Shown here piece after piece: positions 10,838-20,949 of a stretch of DNA of 64,000 bases; positions within the stretch are counted from its first letter, which is position 1; each line of letters begins with the position of its first letter. The notes beneath the pieces were generated by a model. The model did not search any database and was not told the DNA's origin. It was given only the letters and a program-made list of their open reading frames with translations. A program made the position numbers and the translations under genes. The stretch comes from Syntrophorhabdaceae bacterium (GTDB lineage Bacteria; Desulfobacterota; Syntrophorhabdia; Syntrophorhabdales; Syntrophorhabdaceae), in NCBI GenBank assembly GCA_963666485.2, contig CAXXUO010000001.1, forward strand, positions 608,001-672,000, in the 5' to 3' direction.

Positions 10838-12013
10838 TTATCGTAATTTCATCTTTTCCCGATGACTGATTTCAGTGCCCCCGGAATCAGGGAACCCGAC
10901 GAGTTCGGTTCCGCAATCGGGACAACTGCCTTTATTCACGGAAAATTGATTTTCGCAGCGCGGACAATACGCCGAACAATTTTCCTGCATCTCGGGGGCG
11001 CATAGTAACTCGGAAATATCTATCCGATGTTCCGCAAAAATTCTTTCGTAAGCTTTGAGCATAAAGCCACCGGCTTCGATGCTGCCCGGCCTGGCAATTG
11101 CCTCGCGGGCGGGAAAAGATATACCGCGGACGATCCGCCGGGCAAACTCCCTGGCAGTTTGTGAATCACACAGGAGAAATGCGGGGACCAGGGGATCATA
11201 CGACGATAACAAATGCCGTCCCAAATTGGCATATGCCCGGACTGCCGCCGGCGGGCATAACGTCATGCCCACGAGGTCCGCGAGACGGTCCCCGGAGAAT
11301 CCGGGGAAAAATCTTTTATGATAACGGTGATATAAGATTAAAATTGGGAGTTGCAGGGCCAGCATGCCGGAAACGACGTAAACGGTCATAAAACTGTATC
11401 CGAAGAAAATGATAAACGGCAGAAAAAAGATGATATAAATGAATAATAAATTACAGATCACCTGTAACATTTTGGTTTTGTTCTTATAATAGCCGATCAA
11501 ATATTTCGCACCGTCGATATCAAGGGTTTGTTTCGATATCATCATGACCTTTGCGGCCCGGTCCAGTTCATTCAAGGTTCTCAATTCCTGTATAAGTCCG
11601 TGCACCCCTTCGGCGTATCGTTCACCAGGGAATTCGATCGAGTATTGCTCGTTTATAATTATTGTCCTGCCCGATAATTCACTCGATGTAATGTCGCTAT
11701 ATCTGAAATCGGCAGGCTTGCCCGGATCGGGAATGCCGGGCACCGGGAACATATGAAAATATATTCCGGCCGGTGAAAAAATAGCGATCGGCAAATGCGC
11801 CATGAACGCGGGTGTTAACGGAGGAAATGGCGACACAAAATTGAAACCCCCTCTATTATTTGCCAGCAATGATGATTTTATTTTCCATCCGCTTCCAAAA
11901 TGAGGATCAAAAACAATAGAATTCGAGGGAATCTTCACGACACATTCAAAAAAATATATTATCAGCAAGACGGCGATAAAAAGTAAATATTCGGAAAAAA
12001 ACTCCGGCGTCAT
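10838..12013 (-). CDS. Hypothetical membrane protein with C-terminal zinc ribbon
   Basis: 391-aa ORF, several TM segments, CPRC...CPDCG at the C-terminus; AT-rich. Confidence 0.7.
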   Translation of the reverse strand: MTPEFFSEYLLFIAVLLIIYFFECVVKIPSNSIVFDPHFGSGWKIKSSLLANNRGGFNFVSPFPPLTPAFMAHLPIAIFSPAGIYFHMFPVPGIPDPGKPADFRYSDITSSELSGRTIIINEQYSIEFPGERYAEGVHGLIQELRTLNELDRAAKVMMISKQTLDIDGAKYLIGYYKNKTKMLQVICNLLFIYIIFFLPFIIFFGYSFMTVYVVSGMLALQLPILILYHRYHKRFFPGFSGDRLADLVGMTLCPPAAVRAYANLGRHLLSSYDPLVPAFLLCDSQTAREFARRIVRGISFPAREAIARPGSIEAGGFMLKAYERIFAEHRIDISELLCAPEMQENCSAYCPRCENQFSVNKGSCPDCGTELVGFPDSGGTEISHREKMKLR

Positions 12014-12858
12014 TTATTCTTTCGACCGAATATCTTTCTGAAGAAGGCTATTATCGCAATAACCACGCCAACAATAATTTTCCAGGCCCATTTGAAAAAC
12101 CCGGTTTTCGCAGCGACAGCCGCTGCTCCCCCGACTATAAGACCTGTCAAACCGTACGCCGCGACCTTATCTCCCTTTACGAACTCTTCATACCGGTTTC
12201 CGCTTTTATAGCCAAATGTCCCGATTATGGCGTTAAAATCCGGCAGGTCCTGGGTAAACGTCTGGTCATCACATACCAGGGTCACATTCATAACCCCTTT
12301 TCTGCCAAGTATTCTCGAATTGTGGTTGAGCCTGAAGCTCTTATCCTCCTGGCCGTCGCCTCGCACCTGAACGGTCCACTCAAGGTTGTGGTTTTCCGGA
12401 TTATAGTACGGGGTTTTGTACCATCCTTCGAAGTACAAAAGTTTCCAGCCTCTTTTCTTTCGTTCCTCGTTCGCCAGATCGTTATTCTTTTTCAACGCCT
12501 CAAGTATCTTGCTTGCGTTCAGGGAGTCCTTCTCGTCGTTTTTTATATACCCGGTCTCGGTAAAATCAAAAAGTGCGAACCAGTTATTCGGCTTGCATGC
12601 TATCAACCCGAGTTCCTTTCCGCTTGTCGGGTTTTGCATCGCCTCCATGAGCATTTTAGCATCTGATGCGTTTGCAAATGCACAGTTTTCCGGAATTTCT
12701 ATCTGTGCAATATTCCCCAGGTCCGCAACTGCGGGCCCTACCTGCCATTTCACGCTTTTGATCACAAAGTCCAAATTAAAATTCTGCCCAAATGTGACGG
12801 AATCACAGAATGCCATGGCGAAACAGAACAATGCCGCAAAAACTACTTTTGTGCGCAT
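12010..12858 (-). CDS. DUF2167 family membrane-anchored protein
   Basis: Signal peptide; GYIKNDE, ANEERKKRG, RILGRKGV, GDKVAAYGLTGLI motifs; C-terminal TM. Confidence 0.85.
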   Translation of the reverse strand: MRTKVVFAALFCFAMAFCDSVTFGQNFNLDFVIKSVKWQVGPAVADLGNIAQIEIPENCAFANASDAKMLMEAMQNPTSGKELGLIACKPNNWFALFDFTETGYIKNDEKDSLNASKILEALKKNNDLANEERKKRGWKLLYFEGWYKTPYYNPENHNLEWTVQVRGDGQEDKSFRLNHNSRILGRKGVMNVTLVCDDQTFTQDLPDFNAIIGTFGYKSGNRYEEFVKGDKVAAYGLTGLIVGGAAAVAAKTGFFKWAWKIIVGVVIAIIAFFRKIFGRKNK

Positions 12859-12877
12859 AATTCCCCCTGGGCCTTTT

Positions 12878-13027
12878 TCATGCCGGACGTCCTCTTCCGA
12901 ACCTCACCCTGGTGCTATGCCCATGCCTCTCAAGAATTTGTTTTTGGGAAATGGTAATAAGGGCTTCGTCCTCTGCGAGGAGGATGGTCTTTTTGCCGGG
13001 AAGTAAAGAGTCGTGGCCAGTATTCAT
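12878..13027 (-). pseudogene. Truncated response-regulator receiver domain remnant
   Basis: 49-aa ORF MNTGHDSLLPGKKTILLAEDEALITISQKQILERHGH...; matches receiver beta1-alpha1, then stops. Confidence 0.55.
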
Positions 13028-13195
13028 CACCCGCCAGGATGGTTATTACATCTGTATTAGTATTTTCGCGCAATATCTTCGTTAATTAATAAATTTTCCG
13101 TGTTTTATAATGTCAAGGCGCTGGAGACATTGAATAAGACCTTGAATCCGGGTTCACCTTCACATTTATTTCACAATGCGGGGTTTCGGGGAATG

Positions 13196-13223
13196 AAAAA
13201 GGGTCACACTTTCGTGCAACCCC
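13196..13223 (-). terminator. Intrinsic terminator downstream of tRNA-Gln
   Basis: GGGTTGCAC-GAAA-GTGTGACCC followed by TTTTT on the minus strand. Confidence 0.7.
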
Positions 13224-13234
13224 TTGATTATATT

Positions 13235-13308
13235 TGGCTGGGAGACAAGGATTTGAACCTTGATTCACGGAGTCAGAGTCCGTTGTCCTGCCGTTGAACG
13301 ATCTCCCA
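13235..13308 (-). tRNA. tRNA-Gln (anticodon CTG)
   Basis: TGGGAGATCGTTCAACGGCAGGACAACGGACTCTGACTCCGTGAATCAAGGTTCAAATCCTTGTCTCCCAGCCA; cloverleaf, anticodon loop CTCTGAC, encoded CCA. Confidence 0.96.
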
Positions 13309-13365
13309 GTATTTTCGTATACTGCGGTCCGTGCGGATGGCACAGGAGTACTGTGCCATATTATA

Positions 13366-13929
13366 TCACTCTTCGGCTTTCGGTTCTTCGGTTTTTTTCT
13401 CGGCCTTCGGCTTGCGTGTCCGTTTCGGTTTTTCTTCGCCGGACGCTTCTTTGGCCGCGGCTTTTTTCTTGGCCGGTGCTTTTTCTTTCTTTTCTTTCGG
13501 TTCTTTCGCGGCTTTGGCCTTTACTTCCTTCTTCGGTTTGGCCTTGCCTTTTTCCGGTTCTTTTTCGGGCTCTTTCTTCTGTGTAAGCTCGATTATCGCC
13601 ATCGGAGCGGCGTCACCCTTTCTCAGGCCGATCTTGACCACCCGGGTGTAGCCCCCGTTTATGGCGGCGTACCGGTCCCCGATATCGGAGAAGAGCTTCC
13701 TGACAACTTTTTTATCCCTCAGAAAGGCAAAGACCAGGCGCAGGGAATGAAGGTCTTTCTTTTTGGCCAGGGTGATGAGCCTGTCAGCCACTTTTTTGAG
13801 CTCCATTGCCTTCGGGTTCGTCGTCTTTATGCTTTCATGATCGAAAAGAGCATTGGCGAGATTCATGAACAATGCCTTCCTGTGGCTCTTGGTCCGATTC
13901 ATTTTTTTCACTCTGTTCTGATGCCTCAT
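13366..13929 (-). CDS. rplQ: 50S ribosomal protein L17 with Lys/Glu/Ala-rich C-terminal tail
   Basis: MRHQ..KKMNRTKSHRKAL, GGYTRV, RKGDAAPMAIIEL. Confidence 0.97.
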   Translation of the reverse strand: MRHQNRVKKMNRTKSHRKALFMNLANALFDHESIKTTNPKAMELKKVADRLITLAKKKDLHSLRLVFAFLRDKKVVRKLFSDIGDRYAAINGGYTRVVKIGLRKGDAAPMAIIELTQKKEPEKEPEKGKAKPKKEVKAKAAKEPKEKKEKAPAKKKAAAKEASGEEKPKRTRKPKAEKKTEEPKAEE

Positions 13930-13939
13930 TGGTCAACCC

Positions 13940-14965
13940 CTACATGTGATCTTTTTTCTTGAGAACCATCTTATCCAGTTCTTCCCGCGCAGGAAAACTG
14001 TCCAGTTTGAGGCCGAGCCGAAGCCCCATGCACGAGAGGATCTCCTTGATCTCATTCAAGGATTTCCTTCCGAAATTCTTCGTCATGAGTATTTCCTGCT
14101 CGGTCTTCTGGACCAGTTCGCCTATATACTTTATGTCTGCGTTCTTCAGGCAGTTCGCGCTTCTGACCGAGAGTTCGAGCTCGTCGACGCTGCGATACAG
14201 GTTCTCGTTGAAGTCGGTCTTTTCCTGCCCTCTTTCCTCTGCTGATTCCGCTTCTTCAATTTCGTCAAAGTTGATGAAGATCCTCATCTGCTCTTTTATG
14301 ATCTTGGCCGCAAATGAGAGTGCGTCGAGAGGATCGACGCTCCCGTCGGTCCAGATCTCCATGGTCAGCTTGTCGTAATCCGTACGGCGCCCGACGCGGG
14401 CCTGGCTGACGTTGTAGCTCACCTTGCGTATAGGAGAGAAGATCGCGTCGATCGGTATGGTCCCGATAGGTTCCGCTTCGTCGACATTCTGCTCGGACGG
14501 CTGGTAGCCGCGGCCGAGCTTGGCCTTCATTTCCATGTAGAGCTTCGCGTCGCTCGATAATGTAGCGATATGCAGGTCGGGGTTCACGACCTCCACGCCG
14601 CCGTCATGGGTGATATCGCCCGCCTTGACTTCCTTTTTGCCCTTGACTTCGATCTTCAAAAGGGCCGGTTTGTCATCGGTCATCCTGATGACTGTTTTTT
14701 TCAGGTTCAGGATGATCTCGGTCACATCTTCTTTGACCCCGCGAATTGTCGAAAATTCGTGGTCGACAGACTCTATCCAGACCGATGTAATTGCAGCACC
14801 CATGATCGAGGAGAGTAATACCCTGCGAATAGAGTTGCCGATCGTCACACCGTACCCTCTTTCGAACGGCTCGGTCGAGAACTTGACGTAATCGTTCTCT
14901 TTCTTCTCTATCTCGATCTTGGTCGGCCTGATGAGCTCCTGCCAATTCTTTTCAAACATAGGCAT
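13940..14965 (-). CDS. rpoA: RNA polymerase subunit alpha
   Basis: [40 protein letters not shown]. Confidence 0.98.
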   Translation of the reverse strand: MPMFEKNWQELIRPTKIEIEKKENDYVKFSTEPFERGYGVTIGNSIRRVLLSSIMGAAITSVWIESVDHEFSTIRGVKEDVTEIILNLKKTVIRMTDDKPALLKIEVKGKKEVKAGDITHDGGVEVVNPDLHIATLSSDAKLYMEMKAKLGRGYQPSEQNVDEAEPIGTIPIDAIFSPIRKVSYNVSQARVGRRTDYDKLTMEIWTDGSVDPLDALSFAAKIIKEQMRIFINFDEIEEAESAEERGQEKTDFNENLYRSVDELELSVRSANCLKNADIKYIGELVQKTEQEILMTKNFGRKSLNEIKEILSCMGLRLGLKLDSFPAREELDKMVLKKKDHM

Positions 14966-14987
14966 GTACCCTCCTTGGGGTAGGTAA

Positions 14988-15608
14988 CTACCTTGAATAG
15001 TATTCTACGATGAGCTGTTCCTTGATCGGCAATGTTATATCGTCACGTGTCGGGAATAATTTAATGGTGCCTTTCATGTTGTCCTTATCAAGGTCGATCC
15101 ATGCGGGAATGCCTCTGCGGACCACAGATTCCAGTGCATTGATAACGGAGGGCAGATTCTTATGCCGGACCTCTATGACATCCCCGACTTTGACGAGGTA
15201 CGAAGAGGAGTTCACGGTCCTGCCGTTGACCGTTATATGCTTATGCGAAACAAGCTGCCGGGCCTCTGCGTGAGACGTGGCAAAACCCAGGCGGAACACC
15301 ATGTTATCGATCCTTCTCTCGAGAAAGACGAGGAAATTCGTACCGGTGATGCCTTCCTTGCGCTCGGCCATGACGAAAAACCTTCTGAACTGTTTTTCGC
15401 TGAGTCCATACATCCTGCGGGCGCGCTGTTTTTCACGCAGCCGCATTGCATATTCCATAACCTTGCCCTTCGTGTCGACGTGCTGTCCGGGCGGGTAGTT
15501 CCTTTTCTCGATGGCGCACTTTTCCGTGAAGCACCGTTCGCCTTTTAAATAAAGCTTTATGCCTTCTCTTCTGCACAATTTGCATACTGGTCCAACGTAA
15601 CGTGACAA
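14988..15608 (-). CDS. rpsD: 30S ribosomal protein S4 (TTG start)
   Basis: SRYVGPVCKLCRREG, PPGQH, LIVEYYSR; AAGGAGG RBS before TTG at 15608. Confidence 0.97.
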   Translation of the reverse strand: MSRYVGPVCKLCRREGIKLYLKGERCFTEKCAIEKRNYPPGQHVDTKGKVMEYAMRLREKQRARRMYGLSEKQFRRFFVMAERKEGITGTNFLVFLERRIDNMVFRLGFATSHAEARQLVSHKHITVNGRTVNSSSYLVKVGDVIEVRHKNLPSVINALESVVRRGIPAWIDLDKDNMKGTIKLFPTRDDITLPIKEQLIVEYYSR

Positions 15609-15619
15609 TTTTGCCTCCT

Positions 15620-16009
15620 TTAAACTCTTCTGCGTTTCGGCGGTCTGCACCCGTTATGAGGAATGGGCGTAACATCGCGGATCAGGTGAATCTTCAGACC
15701 GGCGCTCTGCAGTGCCCGAAGGGCTGCCTCACGTCCCGCCCCGGGACCTTTTACGTATACGTCAACCGTTCTGAGCCCGTGTTCCATTGCCTTCTTTGCC
15801 GCATTTTCGGCAGCCAGCTGGGCAGCGAACGGGGTGCTTTTCCTCGATCCCTTGAAGCCTACCACGCCGCCGCTCGACCAGGACACGACATTGCCCTGCG
15901 GGTCAGTGATCGTGATAATGGTATTGTTGAAGCTCGACTGTATATATGCTCCGCCGACGGGGATATTCTTTTTGACTTTCTTCTTACCGCTTCTTCTGAC
16001 TTTCGCCAT
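15620..16009 (-). CDS. rpsK: 30S ribosomal protein S11
   Basis: [31 protein letters not shown]. Confidence 0.98.
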   Translation of the reverse strand: MAKVRRSGKKKVKKNIPVGGAYIQSSFNNTIITITDPQGNVVSWSSGGVVGFKGSRKSTPFAAQLAAENAAKKAMEHGLRTVDVYVKGPGAGREAALRALQSAGLKIHLIRDVTPIPHNGCRPPKRRRV

Positions 16010-16025
16010 TTACGCCACCTCGTCG

Positions 16026-16391
16026 TTATTTTCGTTTCATCGAAGTCTTTCTCGGGCCTTTCCGGGTCCGGGAATTCGTCCGCGTCCTCTGCCCGTGAAC
16101 AGGGAGGCTTCTGCGGTGCCGAAGGCCCCGGTAGCAGCCGATGTCCATGAGCCTCTTTATATTCATGCTCACTTCTTTCCTCAGATCACCCTCGACCTTG
16201 TATTCATTCTCGAGGATGTCCCTGATCTTTGCGATCTCGTCGTCCAGAAGCGTGTGCGTTCTCTTGTTCGGATCGATCCCGGCCTGGGCCAGTATCTTGC
16301 TGGAAAGGGTCCGCCCGATCCCGTAAATGTAGGTCAGTGCGACCTCGATCCTTTTGTCCCTGGGTATGTCAACACCTGCAATACGTGCCAC
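16026..16391 (-). CDS. rpsM: 30S ribosomal protein S13
   Basis: [29 protein letters not shown]. Confidence 0.98.
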   Translation of the reverse strand: MARIAGVDIPRDKRIEVALTYIYGIGRTLSSKILAQAGIDPNKRTHTLLDDEIAKIRDILENEYKVEGDLRKEVSMNIKRLMDIGCYRGLRHRRSLPVHGQRTRTNSRTRKGPRKTSMKRK

Positions 16392-16402
16392 GCTTTGCCT
16401 CC

Positions 16403-16516
16403 TTAACCCTGTTTCTGTTTATGTTTGGGGTTCTCGCAAATGATCCTGACAACACCCTTACGCTTGATGATCTTGCATTTGTCGCATCTCTTCTTGACCG
16501 AAGGTTTCACCTTCAT
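16403..16516 (-). CDS. rpmJ: 50S ribosomal protein L36 (Zn-binding type)
   Basis: Manual translation [37 protein letters not shown]; too short for the ORF track. Confidence 0.97.
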   Translation of the reverse strand: MKVKPSVKKRCDKCKIIKRKGVVRIICENPKHKQKQG

Positions 16517-16525
16517 GCTGTCCTC

Positions 16526-16744
16526 CTACTTAACCCGGTAAATGATCCTGCCTCGCGTGAGGTCATAGGGTGATAATTCAACAACTACCTTGTCTCCCCG
16601 CAGGATTTTTATGTAATGCATGCGCATCTTTCCCGATACGTGGGCCAGCACCCTGTGCCCGTTGGGGAGTTCTACTCTGAACATTGCGTTCGGCAGCGGT
16701 TCCACGACCGTGCCCTCTATTTCTATCCCTTCGCCTTTTGGCAT
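16526..16744 (-). CDS. infA: Translation initiation factor IF-1
   Basis: [33 protein letters not shown]. Confidence 0.98.
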   Translation of the reverse strand: MPKGEGIEIEGTVVEPLPNAMFRVELPNGHRVLAHVSGKMRMHYIKILRGDKVVVELSPYDLTRGRIIYRVK

Positions 16745-16753
16745 TTTACCTCT

Positions 16754-17503
16754 CTATACCCTGCTGAGTATCACGGGCCCGTTGTTCGTAACGGCCACGG
16801 TATGTTCAAAATGAGCCGACAGGCTGCCGTCCTTCGTTACGGCAGTCCATCCGTTGTCCTTGATGTAAACGTCGCACTTTCCCATATTCACCATCGGCTC
16901 GATCGCTAAGACCATTCCCGCTTTCAGCCTGAGCCCGGTCCCCTTCGTCCCGTAATTGGGAAGCTGGGGGTCTTCGTGCAGGCTCCTTCCGATGCCATGG
17001 CCGACGAATTCCCGTACCACCGAGAACCCGAATGACTCGACATGTTCCTGGACAGCGTGGGATATATCGTACAGCCTGTTGCCTTCGCGGGCCTCGGCTA
17101 TGCCCCGGTACAGAGATTCCTCCGTTACGGTCATAAGCTTCTGTGCGGCCTTTGAAATGCCTCCCACGGCATATGTCATTGCGACGTCTCCATAATATCC
17201 TTCATAAAGAAGGCCAAAATCGATGCTGACGATGTCGTTCTCTTTAAGCTGCCGGTCAGACGGCATGCCGTGAACGACCTCGTCATTCACCGAGATACAG
17301 AGGCAATAGGGAAATCCGTTATATCCCTTGAAGGCGGCTATTACGTCTCCTGCCTCTTTTATCCTTTCTTCACAGGCGGCCTCAAGGTCCATCGTCTTGA
17401 TGCCGGGTTTTACAAAATCTTTAAGGTAGAGGAGAATTTCCATCGCCCGGCTGCTGGCGACGCGCATCTTTTCAATCTCCTCGCTCGTCTTTAGAAAGAT
17501 CAT
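16754..17503 (-). CDS. map: Methionine aminopeptidase type I
   Basis: SVNDEVVHG, GHGIG..LHEDP, AIEPM, SAHFEHT. Confidence 0.97.
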   Translation of the reverse strand: MIFLKTSEEIEKMRVASSRAMEILLYLKDFVKPGIKTMDLEAACEERIKEAGDVIAAFKGYNGFPYCLCISVNDEVVHGMPSDRQLKENDIVSIDFGLLYEGYYGDVAMTYAVGGISKAAQKLMTVTEESLYRGIAEAREGNRLYDISHAVQEHVESFGFSVVREFVGHGIGRSLHEDPQLPNYGTKGTGLRLKAGMVLAIEPMVNMGKCDVYIKDNGWTAVTKDGSLSAHFEHTVAVTNNGPVILSRV

Positions 17504-17569
17504 TTCTTCTTTCGGGCGCCGTGACCTCCGGCAAACCTCATACCCGGACAATCGCCCGGATCTAAGCCG

Positions 17570-18877
17570 CTATCGTCGCCCCTTCATCCTCTGCGATTTC
17601 TTCACCAGACCGTCGTAATGCCTCAGGATAAGATGCGATTCTATCTGCTGGATCGTATCCAGGGCGACACCGACGACAATGAGAAGCGCCGTTCCGCCGA
17701 AGTAGAAGGGAACATTGAATTTTTTCACGAGCAATGTCGGCAGGACGCAAACGAACGAGATATATATCGCGCCGATGAACGTTATCCGTGTCAGGATCTT
17801 GTCGATATACTCGCTGGTGCGCTTGCCCGGCCTGATGCCCGGTATATATCCGCCATACTTTTTCATATTATCCGCCACACTGTCCGGGTTGAAGACAATG
17901 GCGGTGTAAAAATAACAGAAGAAAATGATGAAGCCGATATAGAACAGCTCATGCAGGAACGATCCGGGCGTGAAAAGCTCCGCGACCTTCTTTGCATACG
18001 GGTGCGTTATAAAATTCGAGATCGTTGCCGGGAACATGATGATCGACGAGGCGAAGATCGGCGGGATAACGCCTGCCGTATTGACCTTCAGCGGAAGGTG
18101 CGTCGCCTGTCCGCCCATCATCTTGCGTCCCACGACCCGTTTCGCATACTGCACCGGGATCCTGCGCTGCGACGTCTCCATGAATATGATAAAGGCGATG
18201 ACCGCCAGCATCATCACAATAAGGACAAGGACGACGAACCAGTTGAGCTCGCCCGTATTGACGAGGCTCCATGTGCCCGCAATAGCGTTCGGCATACGGG
18301 CAACAATACCCGCGAATATAATAAGCGAGATCCCGTTGCCGATACCTTTTTCCGTGATCTGCTCGCCAAGCCACATGATGAACGATGTCCCGCCCGTAAG
18401 GGTGATCATCGTCATGAGCCTGAATCCCCAGCCGGGGTTGAAAACGACCGCTTCGCCGCCGGCGCCGCGCATCTGCTCGAGGCCTATCGCAATGAAGAGG
18501 CCCTGGATAATACTGATGACGATCGTCCCGTAGCGGGTGTACTGGGTTATTTTCCGCCTGCCCGCTTCCCCTTCTTTCGATAGCCTCTCCAAAGTGGGGA
18601 TGACGACGGTCAAGAGCTGCAGGATGATCGATGCGCTGATGTACGGCATGATGCCGAGGGCAAAAATGGAAAGCCTCTCGAGCCCGCCACCCGCGAACAT
18701 ATCAAAAAACCCGAGCAATGTACCCTTGGCGCGTTCGAAGATACCGGCGAGAACATTCCCGTCAATTCCCGGGGTCGGGATATGAATACCGACGCGGTAC
18801 ACGGCGAGCAACGCCAGCGTCCATATAATTCTGCGCTTGAGCTCGGGGATCTTTCCAATATTTTGGAAACCTCCCAT
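17570..18877 (-). CDS. secY: Preprotein translocase subunit SecY
   Basis: ALGIMPYISASII, GIGNGISLII, IPGIRPG, FGGTALLIVVGV. Confidence 0.98.
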   Translation of the reverse strand: MGGFQNIGKIPELKRRIIWTLALLAVYRVGIHIPTPGIDGNVLAGIFERAKGTLLGFFDMFAGGGLERLSIFALGIMPYISASIILQLLTVVIPTLERLSKEGEAGRRKITQYTRYGTIVISIIQGLFIAIGLEQMRGAGGEAVVFNPGWGFRLMTMITLTGGTSFIMWLGEQITEKGIGNGISLIIFAGIVARMPNAIAGTWSLVNTGELNWFVVLVLIVMMLAVIAFIIFMETSQRRIPVQYAKRVVGRKMMGGQATHLPLKVNTAGVIPPIFASSIIMFPATISNFITHPYAKKVAELFTPGSFLHELFYIGFIIFFCYFYTAIVFNPDSVADNMKKYGGYIPGIRPGKRTSEYIDKILTRITFIGAIYISFVCVLPTLLVKKFNVPFYFGGTALLIVVGVALDTIQQIESHLILRHYDGLVKKSQRMKGRR

Positions 18878-19320
18878 TAAGCGATTACCTCCACTGCACC
18901 GCCCTTGGCCTCGATCTTCTCGATGGCTTTCTGGGATGCCTTGTGAACCGAGATCTTTATCGGGAAATCTATTTCACCGACAGCGAGAAGCTTGATGCCG
19001 TCTTTCATCTTCTTAATGAATCCCGCCTTCATGATGTCTTCAATACCGACCTTTTCCAGGCCTTTGAATTTCTCGAGATCGGCGATGTTTATGATTGCAT
19101 ATTCCTTGCGGAACGGGTTCTTGAAGCCTCTCTTGGGAATCCTGCGTGTGAGCGGAAGCTGCCCGCCCTCGAAGCTCTTTCCCTTTGTCCCGCCGCTCGT
19201 AGACCGCTGTCCTTTATTTCCATAGCCCGCCGTCGTGCCGAGGCCCGAACCGGTGCCGCGCCCTACGCGCTTGGGGCTCTTCTTTGCTCCGGGAATTGGT
19301 TTAAGGTCTGATAGTTTCAT
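18877..19320 (-). CDS. rplO: 50S ribosomal protein L15
   Basis: RVGRGTGSG, FEGGQLPL.RRIPKRGF. Confidence 0.97.
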   Translation of the reverse strand: MKLSDLKPIPGAKKSPKRVGRGTGSGLGTTAGYGNKGQRSTSGGTKGKSFEGGQLPLTRRIPKRGFKNPFRKEYAIINIADLEKFKGLEKVGIEDIMKAGFIKKMKDGIKLLAVGEIDFPIKISVHKASQKAIEKIEAKGGAVEVIA

Positions 19321-19506
19321 TTATCGAACATCCTCCAATACTGTAACAAGGTGGATCACCTTTTTGACCATGCCCCTGATCTCGGGAGTGTTCTTGACGA
19401 CCCTCTCCTGGTTCAGCTTCTTGAACCCCAGGCTCCTGACGGTCGCCCTCTGGTCCTCCGGACAGCTGATGAAGCTTTTTGTCCATTTTATTTTGAGGTG
19501 GCTCAT
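19321..19506 (-). CDS. rpmD: 50S ribosomal protein L30
   Basis: Size, position, TVRSLG and NTPEIRGMVKKV. Confidence 0.93.
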   Translation of the reverse strand: MSHLKIKWTKSFISCPEDQRATVRSLGFKKLNQERVVKNTPEIRGMVKKVIHLVTVLEDVR

Positions 19507-19507
19507 T

Positions 19508-20017
19508 TTAACCCTCTTCTACTTTCAGTTTTCCTCTCTGCTTGAGCGCCAGTTCCGGCGATTTCAGCAGGGACAGGCCCCTAATCGTTGCCTTGACGAC
19601 ATTGTGGTAATTCCGGGAGCCGTAGCATTTGGTAAGGATATTCGTGATCCCGGCAACCTCAACGACAGCCCGGACGGCCCGGCCGGCGATAACGCCTGTG
19701 CCTTCCCGCGCCGGTTTCAGAAAAACCTGGCTTGTTCCGTATTTTGCCATGATCTCGTGGGGGATCGTTCCCTTTTCGAGGGAGACATCTACGAGGCTTT
19801 TCTTCGCCCTTTCCACGGCTTTTCGTATTGCATCCGGGACTTCGTTGGCTTTGCCGAGTCCGTAACCGACCTTCCCTTTCCCGTCGCCGACAACAACTAT
19901 GGCGCTGAAGGAAAATCTGCGGCCACCCTTGACAACCTTGGCGACGCGGTTGATGTAAACCAGCCTGTCCTGTAACTCGAGATCGCCTGCGTCTATTCGC
20001 TTTCTTTCAACCAACAC
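19508..20017 (-). CDS. rpsE: 30S ribosomal protein S5
   Basis: [23 protein letters not shown]. Confidence 0.97.
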   Translation of the reverse strand: MLVERKRIDAGDLELQDRLVYINRVAKVVKGGRRFSFSAIVVVGDGKGKVGYGLGKANEVPDAIRKAVERAKKSLVDVSLEKGTIPHEIMAKYGTSQVFLKPAREGTGVIAGRAVRAVVEVAGITNILTKCYGSRNYHNVVKATIRGLSLLKSPELALKQRGKLKVEEG

Positions 20018-20026
20018 AACCTCCCG

Positions 20027-20392
20027 TTAAAATTTTAACCCTGCTTCACGAGCCCCGTCAGCGAGTGCTTTGATCCTGCCGTGATATTTAAAACCGTTCC
20101 GGTCGAAGACGATCTCGGTTATCCCGAGCCCTATCGCCTTCTTGCCGATGGCCTCACCGACCTTTTTCGCGGCGTCGTTGTTGCCGCCGCTCTTCAACCC
20201 GTCCTGGACTTCCTTGTTGAGGGTTGATATACCGGTCAAGACCTTCTGCTGGGTATCATCGATCAACTGTGCATAGATCTGCCTTAAGCTCTTGAAAACC
20301 GTGAGCCTTGGCTTCGTCGGGGTACCGTGGACCTTTTTCCGTATTCTCCGTTTGCGTCTCTGCCGGGCTTCGACTTTATCCTTTCTCTGCAT
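20027..20392 (-). CDS. rplR: 50S ribosomal protein L18
   Basis: PRLTVFKS, VFDRNGFKYHGRIKALADGARE. Confidence 0.97.
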   Translation of the reverse strand: MQRKDKVEARQRRKRRIRKKVHGTPTKPRLTVFKSLRQIYAQLIDDTQQKVLTGISTLNKEVQDGLKSGGNNDAAKKVGEAIGKKAIGLGITEIVFDRNGFKYHGRIKALADGAREAGLKF

Positions 20393-20403
20393 ACCGCTAC
20401 TCC

Positions 20404-20940
20404 TTATTTCCCGCTTTTGCCTGCTTTCTTCTTCAAGACCTCGTCAGCATACTTGACGCCCTTGTTCTTGTAGGCATCCGGTTTCCGCAAGGCCCGTATC
20501 TTTGCTGCGGTCTGTCCCACCAATTCTTTATCGATACCCTGTATGGAGATCTGGGTCTGTTTCTCGAGCTGTCCGCTGATCCCTTCCGGGAGTTCGAAAA
20601 CGATCGGGTGTGAATAACCCAGGAAGAATGTGAACGCGCCGGGCTGAAACTCGGCCCTGTAACCGATGCCGATTATTTCAAGCTTCTTCTCGAATCCCTT
20701 CGACACGCCGTCGACCATGTTCGCGATGAGTGTCCTCATCAGCCCATGGTACCCCCGGATCGTCTTTTCGTCGCTTGTACGGGTTACCGTCACATTGCTG
20801 CCGTCAATATTGAGTTCCAATCCTCTCAGGAAGGGCCTTTTCAGCGAACCCTTCGGGCCCGTCACGAGGACTTCGCCGTCTTTGAGCTCAAGATTGGTCC
20901 CCTGCGGGAGTATAATTGGTTTTTTTCCTATCCTCGACAT
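20404..20940 (-). CDS. rplF: 50S ribosomal protein L6
   Basis: MSRIGKKPI, LGYSHP, PDAYKNKGV. Confidence 0.97.
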   Translation of the reverse strand: MSRIGKKPIILPQGTNLELKDGEVLVTGPKGSLKRPFLRGLELNIDGSNVTVTRTSDEKTIRGYHGLMRTLIANMVDGVSKGFEKKLEIIGIGYRAEFQPGAFTFFLGYSHPIVFELPEGISGQLEKQTQISIQGIDKELVGQTAAKIRALRKPDAYKNKGVKYADEVLKKKAGKSGK

Positions 20941-20949
20941 AAATACACC

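Noticed and set aside
10080..13235. Integrative element at tRNA-Gln
   Set aside because: No integrase and no duplicated tRNA 3' end found by eye; reported only as an accessory block.
13294..13962. 222-aa Phe-rich plus-strand ORF and other long antisense ORFs (17618-18583, 29398-30429, 46273-47547, 61574-62587)
   Set aside because: Antisense shadows of rplQ, secY, fusA, murF and the SPFH gene, with no recognisable motifs.
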